Below are positions 1 through 10,083 of a stretch of 64,000 nt of DNA, one piece after another. The notes beneath the pieces are model-generated. The model was not told where the DNA came from. It worked only from the letters and a program-made list of their open reading frames with translations, and ran no database searches. Every line of letters begins with the position of its first letter. Positions within the stretch are counted from its first letter, which is position 1. Origin of the DNA: Acidimicrobiia bacterium (GTDB lineage: Bacteria > Actinomycetota > Acidimicrobiia > Spongiisociales > ZC4RG35). A program made the translations under genes and the position numbers. The DNA is taken from contig JACCTH010000034.1 in the NCBI GenBank assembly GCA_013812505.1, positions 1,399 through 65,398 of the forward strand, in the 5' to 3' direction.

Positions 1-591
1 GGCAAGTCGACCTTGCTGCATTGCCTGGCCGGCCTCGACGACCTCACGTCGGGCTCGATCCGTATCGGTGATGTCGACATCGGCACGCTTGACGACGACG
101 ACCTCACCCGCCTCCGCCGAGATCGAATCGGATTCGTGTTCCAGGCGTTCAACCTCGTGCCGACGCTCAACGCCGAGGAGAACATCACGCTTCCGATTGC
201 AATCGCTGGGCGCAAGCCGGAAAAAGAATGGCTCAACGTGGTGGTTTCGACCCTTCAACTAGGCGACCGCCTCAGCCATCGCCCGAGTCAACTCTCGGGT
301 GGCCAGCAGCAGCGAGTGGCCGCAGCCCGCGCCCTGATCACCCGCCCCGACCTCATCTTCGCCGATGAGCCGTCGGGCAACCTGGATTCACGGTCCGGCA
401 ACCAGTTGCTCGAATTCCTGCGAGAGGCCGTCGACCAATTCGGCCAAACGATCGTCATGGTGACCCACGACGCCAACGCCGCCGCGGTGGCCGACCGCAT
501 CGTGTTCTTGGCCGACGGCCAGGTGATCGATGAGATGACCTCGCCGACTGCGCCCTCGATCCTCGATCGTCTCAAGCACCTCGAGTCCTGA
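1..591 (+). CDS. ABC transporter ATP-binding protein (5' partial; MacB/LolD-like)
   Basis: Translation shows the Walker A remnant GKSTL, the Q-loop, the ABC signature LSGGQQQRVAAARAL and the Walker B motif LIFADEPSGNLD. The reading frame is open to the window start. Its stop overlaps the start of the downstream permease (TGATG). Confidence 0.9.
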   Translation, partial: GKSTLLHCLAGLDDLTSGSIRIGDVDIGTLDDDDLTRLRRDRIGFVFQAFNLVPTLNAEENITLPIAIAGRKPEKEWLNVVVSTLQLGDRLSHRPSQLSGGQQQRVAAARALITRPDLIFADEPSGNLDSRSGNQLLEFLREAVDQFGQTIVMVTHDANAAAVADRIVFLADGQVIDEMTSPTAPSILDRLKHLES

Positions 592-3104
592 TGTGGCGGG
601 CCGCCTGGAAAGGCCTGATCGGACACCGGCTGCGGTTTGCGCTCACCGCTCTATCGATTGCGCTCGGGGTCGGGCTCGTCGCCGCCAGTTACATGTTCAC
701 CGATTCCTTGGGACGGGCGTTCGAGGACCTTTTCTCCGCGAGTCTGTCGGGGTTCGATGTCCAGGTACGAGGGGAGGTCGATGAGGAACTTTCGTTCGTA
801 CAAGGGGCACCGCTTCCGCAATCCCTGATCGATGAGGTCGCACAAGTCCCCGGGGTCACCGCCGCAACCGGAACGGTGTTTGGCTTCGTCCAAGCATCGG
901 TCGGCGAGGAGCCTCTCGGCAACGGGTCGGCTCCGACTTTCGTGGTGAGCTGGCCCGAGCTCGTCGACCTGTTCGAGATCCAAAGTGGAGAGCGTCCCGA
1001 TGCACCGGGCGAGGCAGCGCTCGACCCCTCCACCAGCCAACGACAGGGAATCGACCTCGGCGACGAGATCGTGGCGATCGGCGTCAGCACCAGGGAAACG
1101 TTTGAGATCGTCGGCACTGCGGCGATCGAGGGCTTCGAGTCGTTTGGTGGAGCTGTCTCGATCTACGTGCCACTCGAGACTGCACAGGCCTTGCTCGACC
1201 TTCCCGAGCAGGTTCTGACCATCGAGGTCGAATCGACCGGCGAGGTGGAGGCGATGATTGCCCGGATCGAGAGAATCCTTCCCGAAGGCGTCGAAGCGGT
1301 GTCGGCCCAGAGCGCCGCGGAAGAACAGCTCGCCAGCTTCAAGGAAGCCCTCGGGTTCCTCAACACTTTCCTGCTCGTATTCGCAGGCGTCACGGTCTTC
1401 GTCGCCGCGTTCCTCATCCAAAACACTTTCCGAATCATCGTCGCCCAAAGGACCCAGGAACTGGCCACGCTGCGGCTGGTGGGTGCCAGCCGACGACAAG
1501 TACTGCGACAAGTAATGATCGAAGCGGCTGTGGTCGGTGGTGCAGCCTCGGTGCTCGGCATCGGCTTTGGGGTCTTGCTAGCCCGTCTTATCAGGCAGCT
1601 CCTTTCGCTGGGTGGCAGCCTGCCCGCGACCCCTCTCGCGCTTCAACCGCGCACTGTGCTCGTCGCTCTTGCGACTGGGCTCGGGATCACGTTGCTGTCG
1701 GCTTTGCTGCCCGCCCGAGCAGCCTCGAGGATTCCCCCGATCGCAGCCCTCCGTCGGGTACAAGCGCCTGAAAGCAGTCAGACCCAGCGGCGTCGAGCCG
1801 TGGTCGGGCTTGCGCTCACCGGGCTGGGGGCAGTTCTCTTGACAATCGGTCTGATCGGAAGCGACCTCCCAGTTCCCGATGTCACCGTAGTGGGTATCGG
1901 CGCAGGCTCGACATTCATCGGCGTTGCCATCGTGCTCAGCGCCATCGCCCGGCCGATCACCGCGTTTATCGGGGCGCCGATCCGGCGCCTCGGAGTACCG
2001 GGTCGGCTGGCAGTCGACAATGCGGGACGCATCCCCCGCCGTACCGCCGCCACCGCTTCGGCTCTCATGGTCGGCTTGGCCCTGGTCGGACTGACTTTGG
2101 TTCTCGCCGACTCGCTCAAGGCCACCGCCGACCGATTGATAGGGGATCGCTTCGAGGCCGACCTCGTGGTATCACCGGCAGGTTTTGGAGCGAGCCGACT
2201 TTCGCCCCAGCTCGCGGTCGATCTGGCGTCTTTGAACGAGATCGAGGTGTTGGCCGCGGTTCGCGATGGCCAGGTGCAATTCGAGGGCGAAACCAGAAAT
2301 GCGATCGGCGGACCCACCGACGTCCTCGCCGAGCTGGTGAATTTCAACGTTCTTGCCGGTCGCATCGAAGACATCTCCGGTAATCGCGTCGGATTGCGTG
2401 AGGGCCTCGGGGAGGGGCGTGAAATCGGGGACGAGATCACGATCGAATTCGCCCGCACCGGTGAACAGACCTTTGAACTCGCCGCGGTCTTCGAAGCAAG
2501 CGGCCTCGTCGGCGGCATCCTGATCGACGATGTCGCCTTCGCCGCCAACTTCACCGAGCAGCTTGACAGCCAGATCTTTGTCGGCCTGGCCGGAGGGTTG
2601 GACCTCGCGGCCGGCAAGACCGCGGTGGAGTCGATCGTCGCCACGTATACCGGCGCCCAGGTGCTGGACCAGTCAGAGCTGGCTGACGAAGCGTCCAGCC
2701 AGATCGACGGGTTGGTACGCCTGGTCTTTGGGTTGCTGGGGGTGGCAGTGGTGATCGCGGTCATCGGTATTACCAACACCCTCAGCCTCTCCGTTCTCGA
2801 ACGGACCCGCGAGATCGGGCTTCTGCGGGCCGTCGGTATGAACCGACGACAACTGCGTCGCGCGATCAGCCTCGAGTCGATCCTCATCGCATCGCTCGGT
2901 GGGCTGCTCGGAATGGGGCTGGGCCTCACTTTTGCTTGGGCGGTCATCGAGGCGATCGATGCCGAGTTCCTCCGTTTGTCGATCCCCTGGGGGCAGGTCG
3001 GCTTGGCGCTCGCCGGGGCGGCGGTGGCCGGACTGCTCGCCGCTTTGATCCCTGCCTGGCGGGCCTCGCGGAGGAACATCCTCACTGCCATCGCCTACGA
3101 ATAG
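591..3104 (+). CDS. ABC transporter permease, FtsX family (two FtsX domains, MacB-like)
   Basis: The 837 aa protein has two blocks of four hydrophobic helices separated by large extracytoplasmic domains. The conserved FtsX pattern (TLRLVGASRRQVLRQVMIEA / LLRAVGMNRRQLRRAISLES) is present in both halves. It is translationally coupled to the upstream ATPase. Confidence 0.85.
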   Translation: MWRAAWKGLIGHRLRFALTALSIALGVGLVAASYMFTDSLGRAFEDLFSASLSGFDVQVRGEVDEELSFVQGAPLPQSLIDEVAQVPGVTAATGTVFGFVQASVGEEPLGNGSAPTFVVSWPELVDLFEIQSGERPDAPGEAALDPSTSQRQGIDLGDEIVAIGVSTRETFEIVGTAAIEGFESFGGAVSIYVPLETAQALLDLPEQVLTIEVESTGEVEAMIARIERILPEGVEAVSAQSAAEEQLASFKEALGFLNTFLLVFAGVTVFVAAFLIQNTFRIIVAQRTQELATLRLVGASRRQVLRQVMIEAAVVGGAASVLGIGFGVLLARLIRQLLSLGGSLPATPLALQPRTVLVALATGLGITLLSALLPARAASRIPPIAALRRVQAPESSQTQRRRAVVGLALTGLGAVLLTIGLIGSDLPVPDVTVVGIGAGSTFIGVAIVLSAIARPITAFIGAPIRRLGVPGRLAVDNAGRIPRRTAATASALMVGLALVGLTLVLADSLKATADRLIGDRFEADLVVSPAGFGASRLSPQLAVDLASLNEIEVLAAVRDGQVQFEGETRNAIGGPTDVLAELVNFNVLAGRIEDISGNRVGLREGLGEGREIGDEITIEFARTGEQTFELAAVFEASGLVGGILIDDVAFAANFTEQLDSQIFVGLAGGLDLAAGKTAVESIVATYTGAQVLDQSELADEASSQIDGLVRLVFGLLGVAVVIAVIGITNTLSLSVLERTREIGLLRAVGMNRRQLRRAISLESILIASLGGLLGMGLGLTFAWAVIEAIDAEFLRLSIPWGQVGLALAGAAVAGLLAALIPAWRASRRNILTAIAYE

Positions 3105-3248
3105 CTACCGATCAGGCGCCAGTTCCCCGATAACAACCGGGCCCGTGATACCTGCCGCCATCTTCGTCTACGGCTTCCTGACTTTGTTCATGACCATCAA
3201 CGCCTTGCGTCCGCCTTCCCCGCCGGCTTCGAACTTCCCGCGCTCTGG

Positions 3249-4259
3249 TTGCCGGCCGTGCTCGTCGCCGAAGCGCCGATCATGTTCCTGTTGATACGGA
3301 TAGTCGTCGCCGGATTCGCCTGGCTGCCCGGAGTCGCCGAAAACCCGGTCGGTCGGGCCGGCCTGTGGCTGGTAGGGCTCTCCCTGTTGCTCCAGCCGGT
3401 CCTGATCTCGCGGGCTGGTCGGTCGGCTGCACGCCTCGGTCCGCGACGCGCTGAGGCGACGTGGTGGGAGGCACTGACTTCTTGGCCCTATCGCCTTCCG
3501 CCCGATGTAGAACTACTGCGCGACATCGAATACGTCCCCGGCCTTGCGTTTGACCTCTATCGCCCCAACGTACGCGGGGGCCGTTTGCCGTGTCTGGTTT
3601 ATCTCCACGGAGGCAGTTGGGGAGGAGGCGACCCCCGCCGCCAGTTCCGACCGATCGTGCATTATCTCGCCCGCAACGGATGGGCCGTTGCCAGCATTCG
3701 CTACCCGCTCTCGCCGCAGGCGACGTTTCCCGACCACCTGCTGGGACCGGTTGGCATGCTCGATTGGCTCGACGAGAACGCCATCGACTTCGAGATCGAT
3801 CCCGACCGGGTCGCCATCGCCGGCGGTTCCTCCGGGGCACACCTCGCCAGCCTGTCCGCCCTCAGCGGCGACAAACGGATCAAGGCGGCGATCGGTCTCT
3901 ACGGGGTATATGACTTCATGAACCGTCATGCCCATCGCGCCGACTGGCCGGTGATTCCACAGCGGGTGATGAAGACCACGTCCGCCACCGATCCCGACCG
4001 CTATCGCCTGGCGTCGCCGGTCGATCAAGCCCACCCCGATGCCCCGCCTTTCCTCCTCATCCACGGCGACTACGACTCACTGGTTCCGATCGCGGAAACC
4101 CACTTCTTCGCTGGGTCCCTCTCGGCCGCCGGGTCGCCGATCGAAGTCATTGCCGTGCGATGGGGACAGCACGCCTTCGACGTTCTGGCCGGTGCCCGGA
4201 GCCGAGCCCTCGCCCCGGTGATCGAGGATTTCCTGACCCGCCAGGTGCTTGCCCCATAG
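3249..4259 (+). CDS. alpha/beta hydrolase (esterase/lipase, fold-3 family) with N-terminal membrane anchor
   Basis: The HGGSWGGG oxyanion-hole motif and a GGSSGAHLA nucleophile elbow (GxSxG) are present. Downstream Asp and His candidates complete a triad. The N-terminus is hydrophobic. Confidence 0.75.
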   Translation: MPAVLVAEAPIMFLLIRIVVAGFAWLPGVAENPVGRAGLWLVGLSLLLQPVLISRAGRSAARLGPRRAEATWWEALTSWPYRLPPDVELLRDIEYVPGLAFDLYRPNVRGGRLPCLVYLHGGSWGGGDPRRQFRPIVHYLARNGWAVASIRYPLSPQATFPDHLLGPVGMLDWLDENAIDFEIDPDRVAIAGGSSGAHLASLSALSGDKRIKAAIGLYGVYDFMNRHAHRADWPVIPQRVMKTTSATDPDRYRLASPVDQAHPDAPPFLLIHGDYDSLVPIAETHFFAGSLSAAGSPIEVIAVRWGQHAFDVLAGARSRALAPVIEDFLTRQVLAP

Positions 4260-4280
4260 GTCCTCTGCCATGATGGGCGG

Positions 4281-5327
4281 GTGGAACAAGTCAATCATTT
4301 GGCAATCGATCATTTGGGGATAGGAACCGAGAAAGGCGCCTACCGCCTCGACCATACGGGTGGGCAATGGTCTGTCTCGGGACCGCTCTTCCCAGGCTGG
4401 AAGGTCTCCGCTCTCTCCACCGCGCCGGACGGCACTTACCTGGCCGCCATCGGCTCGAACTGGTTTGGCGCTTCGGTCCACCGCAGCAATGACTTCGAGA
4501 ACTGGACCCAGGTTGAGATCGGACCCAAGTACGACGGAGACAATCCGCTCGGCCTCAAGCTCAACCAGATCTGGACCTTCCACAACGCAGGCGATCGCGT
4601 CTACGCCGGGGTCGATCAAGCCGGCCTCTTCTATTCCGACGACCAGGGCCTGACCTGGGAGGGGGTGCCGGCGATCAACGAGTGGCCGGGACGGGAGCAT
4701 TGGTCTCCTGGATTCGGCGGGCTGACCGCCCATCGGATCTTGAGTCAGGGCGACCGTCTGTGGGTTGGAATCTCCGCGGTCGGGGTGTTCCGCTCTGAAG
4801 ACTGCGGGGAAAGCTTCGTCCGGGCCGATCAGGGCGTGATCCCAGCCTCAGAGGAAGGCGAACCGGCCTGGTGTGTTCACAGCCTCGTCGCCGACCGGGA
4901 CGATCCCAACCGCATCTGGCGCCAGGATCATCGCGGCGTATACCGCACAACCGATGGCGGCGACAAATGGGAGCAGATCGAGAACGGACTTCCAGCTTCG
5001 TTCGGTTTTGCGATCGGTCGCAATCAGGAGACCGGGACTTTGTTTGTGGCCCCAATCACTGCTGACGAGAATCGGGTGCCGGTCAACGGTCATTTCTCAG
5101 TGTTCCGTTCGCAGGATGACGGCGACTCCTGGGAGGAGGCGGGTGTTGGCTGGCCTCAGGAGGGCCACTTCAACGGTGCGCTCCGCAACGCGATGGTGGT
5201 CGACAACCAGGGTGGGGTCGCCATTGGGACGACCGGAGGGTCCGTCTTCGTGACCTCTGACAATGGCGATCATTGGGAACAGCTCCCGGTTTCGCTCCCC
5301 AGGATTCTCTGCGTCGCCACGATCTGA
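4281..5327 (+). CDS. BNR/Asp-box repeat beta-propeller protein (sialidase/Ycf48-like)
   Basis: Four S-x-D-x-G-x-T/S-W Asp-box repeats are present: SDDQGLTW, TTDGGDKW, SQDDGDSW and TSDNGDHW. Confidence 0.7.
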   Translation: MEQVNHLAIDHLGIGTEKGAYRLDHTGGQWSVSGPLFPGWKVSALSTAPDGTYLAAIGSNWFGASVHRSNDFENWTQVEIGPKYDGDNPLGLKLNQIWTFHNAGDRVYAGVDQAGLFYSDDQGLTWEGVPAINEWPGREHWSPGFGGLTAHRILSQGDRLWVGISAVGVFRSEDCGESFVRADQGVIPASEEGEPAWCVHSLVADRDDPNRIWRQDHRGVYRTTDGGDKWEQIENGLPASFGFAIGRNQETGTLFVAPITADENRVPVNGHFSVFRSQDDGDSWEEAGVGWPQEGHFNGALRNAMVVDNQGGVAIGTTGGSVFVTSDNGDHWEQLPVSLPRILCVATI

Positions 5328-5340
5328 TGACCGATACTCA

Positions 5341-5613
5341 ATGATTACGGCGGCAGTTCGACTCCCGCGGCTCTTGGAGCCCGCCGTAGGCGACGTCAGG
5401 AGAGTCAACGTGGAAGGTGGCACCTTCCGTCAAGCGCTTGATGACCTCTTTCGCCAGCATCCGGCGTTGCGGGTGCATCTATTGGACGAGCAAGGTTTCC
5501 TGCGGCCGCACGTCTTGTGCTTCCACAACGGTGAGCCGAACCGGGACCTCATCGACTCCGCGCTAGGTGACGGCGATGAGATTGTGTTCCTTCAGGCGGT
5601 TTCGGGAGGGTGA
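5341..5613 (+). CDS. MoaD/ThiS-family sulfur-carrier-like protein (C-terminal GG)
   Basis: The roughly 90 aa protein ends in ...DGDEIVFLQAVSGG, matching the MoaD C-terminal pattern DGDEVAFFPPVTGG. The start was chosen at the internal ATG (MITAAVRL) to avoid overlapping the upstream gene. Its stop overlaps the GTG start of the next gene (GTGA). Confidence 0.6.
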   Translation: MITAAVRLPRLLEPAVGDVRRVNVEGGTFRQALDDLFRQHPALRVHLLDEQGFLRPHVLCFHNGEPNRDLIDSALGDGDEIVFLQAVSGG

Positions 5614-6881
5614 AGGCCGGGGCCGTCGTCTGCGGCGCCGGCATTGCCGGGGTGGCAACCGCCTTTCAACTTGTGGTCGAACAGGGGATGCGCGATGTCG
5701 TCTTGGTCGACCCGCTCCCACCGTTGACTCTCACGTCGGATAAGTCGTCGGAGTGCTATCGCAATTGGTGGCCCAATGCCCCGATGGTCGGTCTAATGAA
5801 CCGTTCGATCGACTTACTCGAGGACTACGCGCACCGCAGTGGCAACGCGTTCCACCTGACCCGCCACGGCTATCTCTATGTGACTGCCGACCGCGACCGC
5901 TTGTCAGCGATGGAAGCGGAAGCCGGGCTCATAACTGATCTCGGAGGCGGACCCCACGACTTCTACGCCGATGGCGACAGGCTCCGAGCCCACTTTCCCT
6001 TTCTCACCGAGAGCGCGGTCGGTGGGCTCCACGCACGCCGGGCGGGTTGGTTTTCGGCCCAACAGCTGGGCGCCTGGATGCTGGCCGAGGCCAAGGCGGC
6101 CGGGCTCGAGTTGATCAAAGGCGAGGCGACCTCGATCGATTCGAGCGGCGACCGCATTCGCTCCGTGACCGTTGACGGAGCGACGATCGAGACGCCGGTG
6201 GTAATCAATGCGGCCGGCCCGATGGTGAAAAAGGTGGCGCGCTTGGTCGGGGTTGATCTTCCGGTCTACTCCGAAGTCCATATCAAGGTCGCCTTCCGCG
6301 ATCACTTGCGGGTGATCCCGCGTGCCTCACCGATGGTGATTTGGACCGATCCCCAGCAGCTGGATTGGAGCAAAGAAGAACGGTCCGGGCTCGAAGAAAT
6401 GGGCCGGGACGACCTGCTCAACGAGATGCCGCCCATGTGCCACTATCGACCCGAAGGCGGTGTAGGCAGCGAGTGGATCGTCGGGCTCTGGGAGTATCAC
6501 CGATTGATTCAAGAACCGGTTTGGCCGCTGCCGGACGATTCGCTCTATCCAGAAGCGGTGATGCGCGGTCTCACCACATTGGTACCGGGCCTTCGCCCCT
6601 ACCTCGACCATCTCCCCCAACCGGTCGTCGACGGCGGCTACTACACCAAGACGCGGGAGAACCGGCCCCTGGTGACCCGGCTCGGCCCGGCAGGCTCGTA
6701 TTTGATCGGCGCCTTCTCGGGGTTTGGCGTGATGGCGGCCGCGGCGGCGGGGGAACTGCTGGCGCAGTTGGTCACCGGGCGAGAACTTCCCGTGTACGCG
6801 CGTTCCTTCGGCCTCGACCGCTATCAGGACCCCTCCTACCTGGCTGAGATCGACGCCGTATCCAATACCGGCCAGATCTAG
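5610..6881 (+). CDS. FAD-dependent oxidoreductase (DAO family; glycine/D-amino-acid oxidase-like)
   Basis: The N-terminal dinucleotide-binding motif is VVCGAGIAGVATAF. The size and a C-terminal GxFSGFG motif are typical of the DAO family. Confidence 0.75.
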   Translation: MKAGAVVCGAGIAGVATAFQLVVEQGMRDVVLVDPLPPLTLTSDKSSECYRNWWPNAPMVGLMNRSIDLLEDYAHRSGNAFHLTRHGYLYVTADRDRLSAMEAEAGLITDLGGGPHDFYADGDRLRAHFPFLTESAVGGLHARRAGWFSAQQLGAWMLAEAKAAGLELIKGEATSIDSSGDRIRSVTVDGATIETPVVINAAGPMVKKVARLVGVDLPVYSEVHIKVAFRDHLRVIPRASPMVIWTDPQQLDWSKEERSGLEEMGRDDLLNEMPPMCHYRPEGGVGSEWIVGLWEYHRLIQEPVWPLPDDSLYPEAVMRGLTTLVPGLRPYLDHLPQPVVDGGYYTKTRENRPLVTRLGPAGSYLIGAFSGFGVMAAAAAGELLAQLVTGRELPVYARSFGLDRYQDPSYLAEIDAVSNTGQI

Positions 6882-6890
6882 ATTCCGCTC

Positions 6891-8072
6891 ATGGATACCG
6901 GCCTCAGCGCTGACCTTCGGCGGCGAACAGAGGAACTGCGACAGCAGGGGCTCTTCAAAGCGGAGAGAGCGATTGCCTCCCCGCAGGGGGCCCATATCGA
7001 GCTCGCCGACGGCCGTCGAGTGATCAACCTCTGCGCCAACAACTATCTCGGGCTCGCGGCCGACCCCCGATTGCAGGAGGCCGCGGTCGCCGGGCTAGGT
7101 CAGCATGGTTACGGAACCGCCTCGGTGCGGTTCATCTGCGGCACGCAAACAGTCCACCAGGAGTTGGAGGCGCGGTTGGCGAGCTTTCTCAGCATGGATG
7201 ACTCGATCCTCTACTCATCGTGCTTCGACGCCAACGGCGGATTGTTCGAGACCTTGCTCCATGAGAACGACGCAGTGATCTCCGACACCCTCAACCACGC
7301 TTCGATCATCGACGGGGTTCGGCTGTGCAAGGCCAAGCGCTTCCGGTATGCCAACAATGACATGAACGAGCTCGAGGCCGCGCTCAACGAGTCGGCCGAT
7401 GCTCGGTATCGCTTGATCGCCACCGATGGCGTCTTCTCAATGGATGGCGTCATTGCCAACCTTCCTGCGATTTGCGAGCTGGCCGATCAACATCGAGCGC
7501 TGGTGATGGTCGACGACAGTCACGCGGTCGGCTTCGTCGGCAAGGGTGGGCGGGGCACTCCGGAGGCGACTGGCACCACCGTCGACATCGTCACCGGCAC
7601 GCTTGGGAAAGCTCTCGGTGGGGCGAGCGGGGGCTACACCGCCGCCTCGGCTGACGTCGTCGCGTGGTTGCGCCAGCGATCGAGGCCCTATCTGTTCTCG
7701 AACAGCCTCGTCCCGGCCATCGCTGCCACCTCGCTCGTGGCGCTGGATCTCATCGAATCGAGCAACGAGCTTCGTGAACAACTAACCAGGAACTCAGAGC
7801 ATTTTCGCTCGTCGATGACGGAAGCCGGGTTCATTCTGTCGGGCGTCGGCCACCCGATCATCCCGGTGATGCTCGGTGACGCCCGCGTCGCTTCGGAGAT
7901 GGCCGACCGCCTGTTGGATGAGGGCGTCTATGTAGTCGGCTTTTCATTTCCGGTGGTGCCTCAGGGCCAGGCCCGCATCCGGACTCAGATGTCGGCTGCC
8001 CACACCGAGGACGACATCGAAACCGCCGTCGACGCCTTCGCCCATGTGGGAAGGGCGATGGGAGTCGTATGA
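6891..8072 (+). CDS. kbl: glycine C-acetyltransferase (2-amino-3-ketobutyrate CoA ligase)
   Basis: This is a class-II aminotransferase-type PLP enzyme. The N-terminus ([14 protein letters not shown]...[12 protein letters not shown]) and the PLP lysine context [15 protein letters not shown] match Kbl. It sits immediately upstream of tdh. Confidence 0.85.
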   Translation: MDTGLSADLRRRTEELRQQGLFKAERAIASPQGAHIELADGRRVINLCANNYLGLAADPRLQEAAVAGLGQHGYGTASVRFICGTQTVHQELEARLASFLSMDDSILYSSCFDANGGLFETLLHENDAVISDTLNHASIIDGVRLCKAKRFRYANNDMNELEAALNESADARYRLIATDGVFSMDGVIANLPAICELADQHRALVMVDDSHAVGFVGKGGRGTPEATGTTVDIVTGTLGKALGGASGGYTAASADVVAWLRQRSRPYLFSNSLVPAIAATSLVALDLIESSNELREQLTRNSEHFRSSMTEAGFILSGVGHPIIPVMLGDARVASEMADRLLDEGVYVVGFSFPVVPQGQARIRTQMSAAHTEDDIETAVDAFAHVGRAMGVV

Positions 8073-9097
8073 AGGCATTGGTGAAGGGCAGAGCCGAACC
8101 GGGACTCTGGATGGACGACGTTGTCGAGCCCGAGCCAGGACCGGGTGAAGTAAAGATTGCGGTTGCGATGACGTCGATCTGTGGCACTGATTTGCACATC
8201 TTCCGATGGGACGAGTGGGCACAGCAAACCATCCCGGTGCCCTTGACGATCGGACACGAGTTCATGGGCACCGTCGTCGAACTGGGCGCGGGAGTCGCTG
8301 GGTTGGAAGTCGGGCAACGAGTGTCGGGCGAGGGTCACATCACCTGCGGTCACTGTCGCAATTGCCGGGCAGGAAACAGGCACTTCTGTCACAACCATGT
8401 CGGGCTAGGCGTGACTCGTTCCGGTGCCTTTGCCGAGTTTCTCGTTTTGCCCGCAGCCAACGTCTTCCCGCTGCCTGATCACATCAGCGACGAGGTCGGG
8501 GCGATTCTCGATCCTTTGGGCAACGCCACCCACACCGCTCTCTCCTTTGACCTGGTCGGCGAGGACGTTCTCATCACTGGAGCTGGACCTATTGGGGTGA
8601 TGGCAACCGCGATCAGCCAACACGTCGGGGCGCGGTTTGTGGTCGTCACCGATCGCAATCCCTACCGGCTGCGCATGGCCGAGAAACTGGGTGCCGACCG
8701 CGCTGTGCTGGCTGACGAAATCGATCTCACCGAGATCATGAGAGATCTAGGGATGTCCGAAGGCTTCGACATCGGCATGGAGATGTCGGGGAGCGGCGCC
8801 GCGTTCAACCAGCTGCTTTCGGTGATGAACCACGGCGGGCGCGTCGCTGTGCTCGGAATCCCTCCGGAAGAAGTGACCGTCGACCTCAACGCCGTGATCT
8901 TCAAGGGACTGGTCGTCAAGGGGATCTACGGCCGGCTGATCTTCGAGACCTGGTACAAGATGGCTGCCATGCTGCAAGGCGGTCTCGATGTTTCGGCAGT
9001 CATCACCCACCGCTTGCCCGCCGGCTCGTTTACCGAAGCCTTTGACATTGTGGGCAGCGGCGAAAGCGGCAAAGTCCTCCTCGACTGGAACGATTAA
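8069..9097 (+). CDS. tdh: L-threonine 3-dehydrogenase (Zn-dependent MDR family)
   Basis: The N-terminus MKALVKG...[20 protein letters not shown] and the zinc ligand motif [10 protein letters not shown] are present, with the Cys cluster [15 protein letters not shown]. The start overlaps the kbl stop. Confidence 0.85.
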   Translation: MKALVKGRAEPGLWMDDVVEPEPGPGEVKIAVAMTSICGTDLHIFRWDEWAQQTIPVPLTIGHEFMGTVVELGAGVAGLEVGQRVSGEGHITCGHCRNCRAGNRHFCHNHVGLGVTRSGAFAEFLVLPAANVFPLPDHISDEVGAILDPLGNATHTALSFDLVGEDVLITGAGPIGVMATAISQHVGARFVVVTDRNPYRLRMAEKLGADRAVLADEIDLTEIMRDLGMSEGFDIGMEMSGSGAAFNQLLSVMNHGGRVAVLGIPPEEVTVDLNAVIFKGLVVKGIYGRLIFETWYKMAAMLQGGLDVSAVITHRLPAGSFTEAFDIVGSGESGKVLLDWND

Positions 9098-9211
9098 ACC
9101 TTGTCCCTGCGAGGTTGCTAGATTTCTTCCTGCAAATCACCGCGATTTGGCGCGAATCCTTCTGTCCGTTGGGTTCGGTGTTAGTTGAGAACCGACATTG
9201 GCAAAGTGCTG

Positions 9212-9541
9212 ATGCGGTCAGGAGGAATGTTGAGGCTGTACGTAGGAAATCTTCCCTTTAGGACCACATCCGAAGATCTGAGGGTCGCCTTCAGTCGATT
9301 CGGAGAAGTGACCACGGCAGAAGTGCTGAGCGATCGCGAAACGGGCCGTTCACGCGGTTTCGGTTTCGTCGAGATGCCGGACGATGTCGCCAAAGAGGCA
9401 ATCTCCTCTTTGGATGGGAGCGATCTGGCCGGGCGCCGGATCGTGGTCAATGAGTCAAGGCCAATGGCCCCCCGTCCCCCCCGTGGGGGTGGCGACCGCG
9501 GCGGCGGCGGTAATCGTTATCGCGATCGGGACCGTAACTAA
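9212..9541 (+). CDS. RNA-binding protein with RRM domain and Gly/Arg-rich tail
   Basis: RNP-2 (LYVGNLPF) and RNP-1 (RGFGFVEM) motifs are present. The C-terminus is RGG-rich. Start choice among three in-frame ATG/TTG codons is uncertain. Confidence 0.7.
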   Translation: MRSGGMLRLYVGNLPFRTTSEDLRVAFSRFGEVTTAEVLSDRETGRSRGFGFVEMPDDVAKEAISSLDGSDLAGRRIVVNESRPMAPRPPRGGGDRGGGGNRYRDRDRN

Positions 9542-9551
9542 GCAATAACCA

Positions 9552-9602
9552 CGAACCCAGGGTTACAGCCCACGCTCAACGTGGGTTGCGACCCTGGGTT
9601 CG
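9552..9602. terminator. bidirectional hairpin between convergent genes (copy of the CGAACCCWGGGTTCG element family)
   Basis: The outer 12-bp arms cgaacccagggt / accctgggttcg enclose an inner stem cccacg...cgtggg. The element lies between the stop of the RRM gene and the stop of the ybaN-like gene. Confidence 0.5.
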
Positions 9603-10015
9603 ATGTTTGTTGACCGAGTGGGGCGGGTCCAGATAAACCAAAGCGCGAGTGCACCGACGGCGGCCAGGATCGCCCGCATCACCGTTGAGTTTGTAAGCAC
9701 CACGAACGAGAGTCCAAGGGAGGCCACCAAAGCTACTGAGATCCAGGCTTTGGCTCTGATTGTGAATCCGCCTTCCCGGTAGCCGGCAATGATCCGCCCG
9801 AAGATCGGGTGGGCGATGAGCCAATCGTGAAAGCGGTCTGAGGAGCGGGCGAAGAAGAAGGCTGCCAGCATCACGAAGTCGAACGTCGGAATGCCAGGGA
9901 GCCAAGACATGTACGCAAACCCCAGGCACACCAGACCGAGAACCAGGTAGATACCGCGCAGGAGCGACTGCGGGGCTTGGGAGTCATAGAGGAACGGTAT
10001 CGGCCGGGTTGCCAA
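9563..10015 (-). CDS. DUF454/YbaN-family inner membrane protein
   Basis: The sequence ...LAAFFFARSSDRFHDWLIAHPIFG... and the four-helix topology match E. coli YbaN (AAWCFARSSPRFHAWLL). Confidence 0.7.
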   Translation of the reverse strand: MATRPIPFLYDSQAPQSLLRGIYLVLGLVCLGFAYMSWLPGIPTFDFVMLAAFFFARSSDRFHDWLIAHPIFGRIIAGYREGGFTIRAKAWISVALVASLGLSFVVLTNSTVMRAILAAVGALALWFIWTRPTRSTNIEPRVATHVERGL

Positions 10016-10083
10016 CAGCGAGTCGACACCTGTTCGCTAACTTGGCGAGCCCAGAGGTCCAATTTCTCCAACCCGGAGGCCAG

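Noticed and set aside
651-3091. Long antisense and alternate-frame ORFs (651..1511 -, 1163..1561 -, 1778..3091 -) inside the FtsX permease gene
   Set aside because: They are Arg/Ser/Pro-rich translations typical of non-coding frames in high-GC DNA. The + frame has clear FtsX domain architecture.
9585-9602. GGTTCGA-containing segments as possible tRNA T-arms
   Set aside because: There are no flanking acceptor, D-arm or anticodon-arm structures. The motifs are parts of the palindromic repeat.
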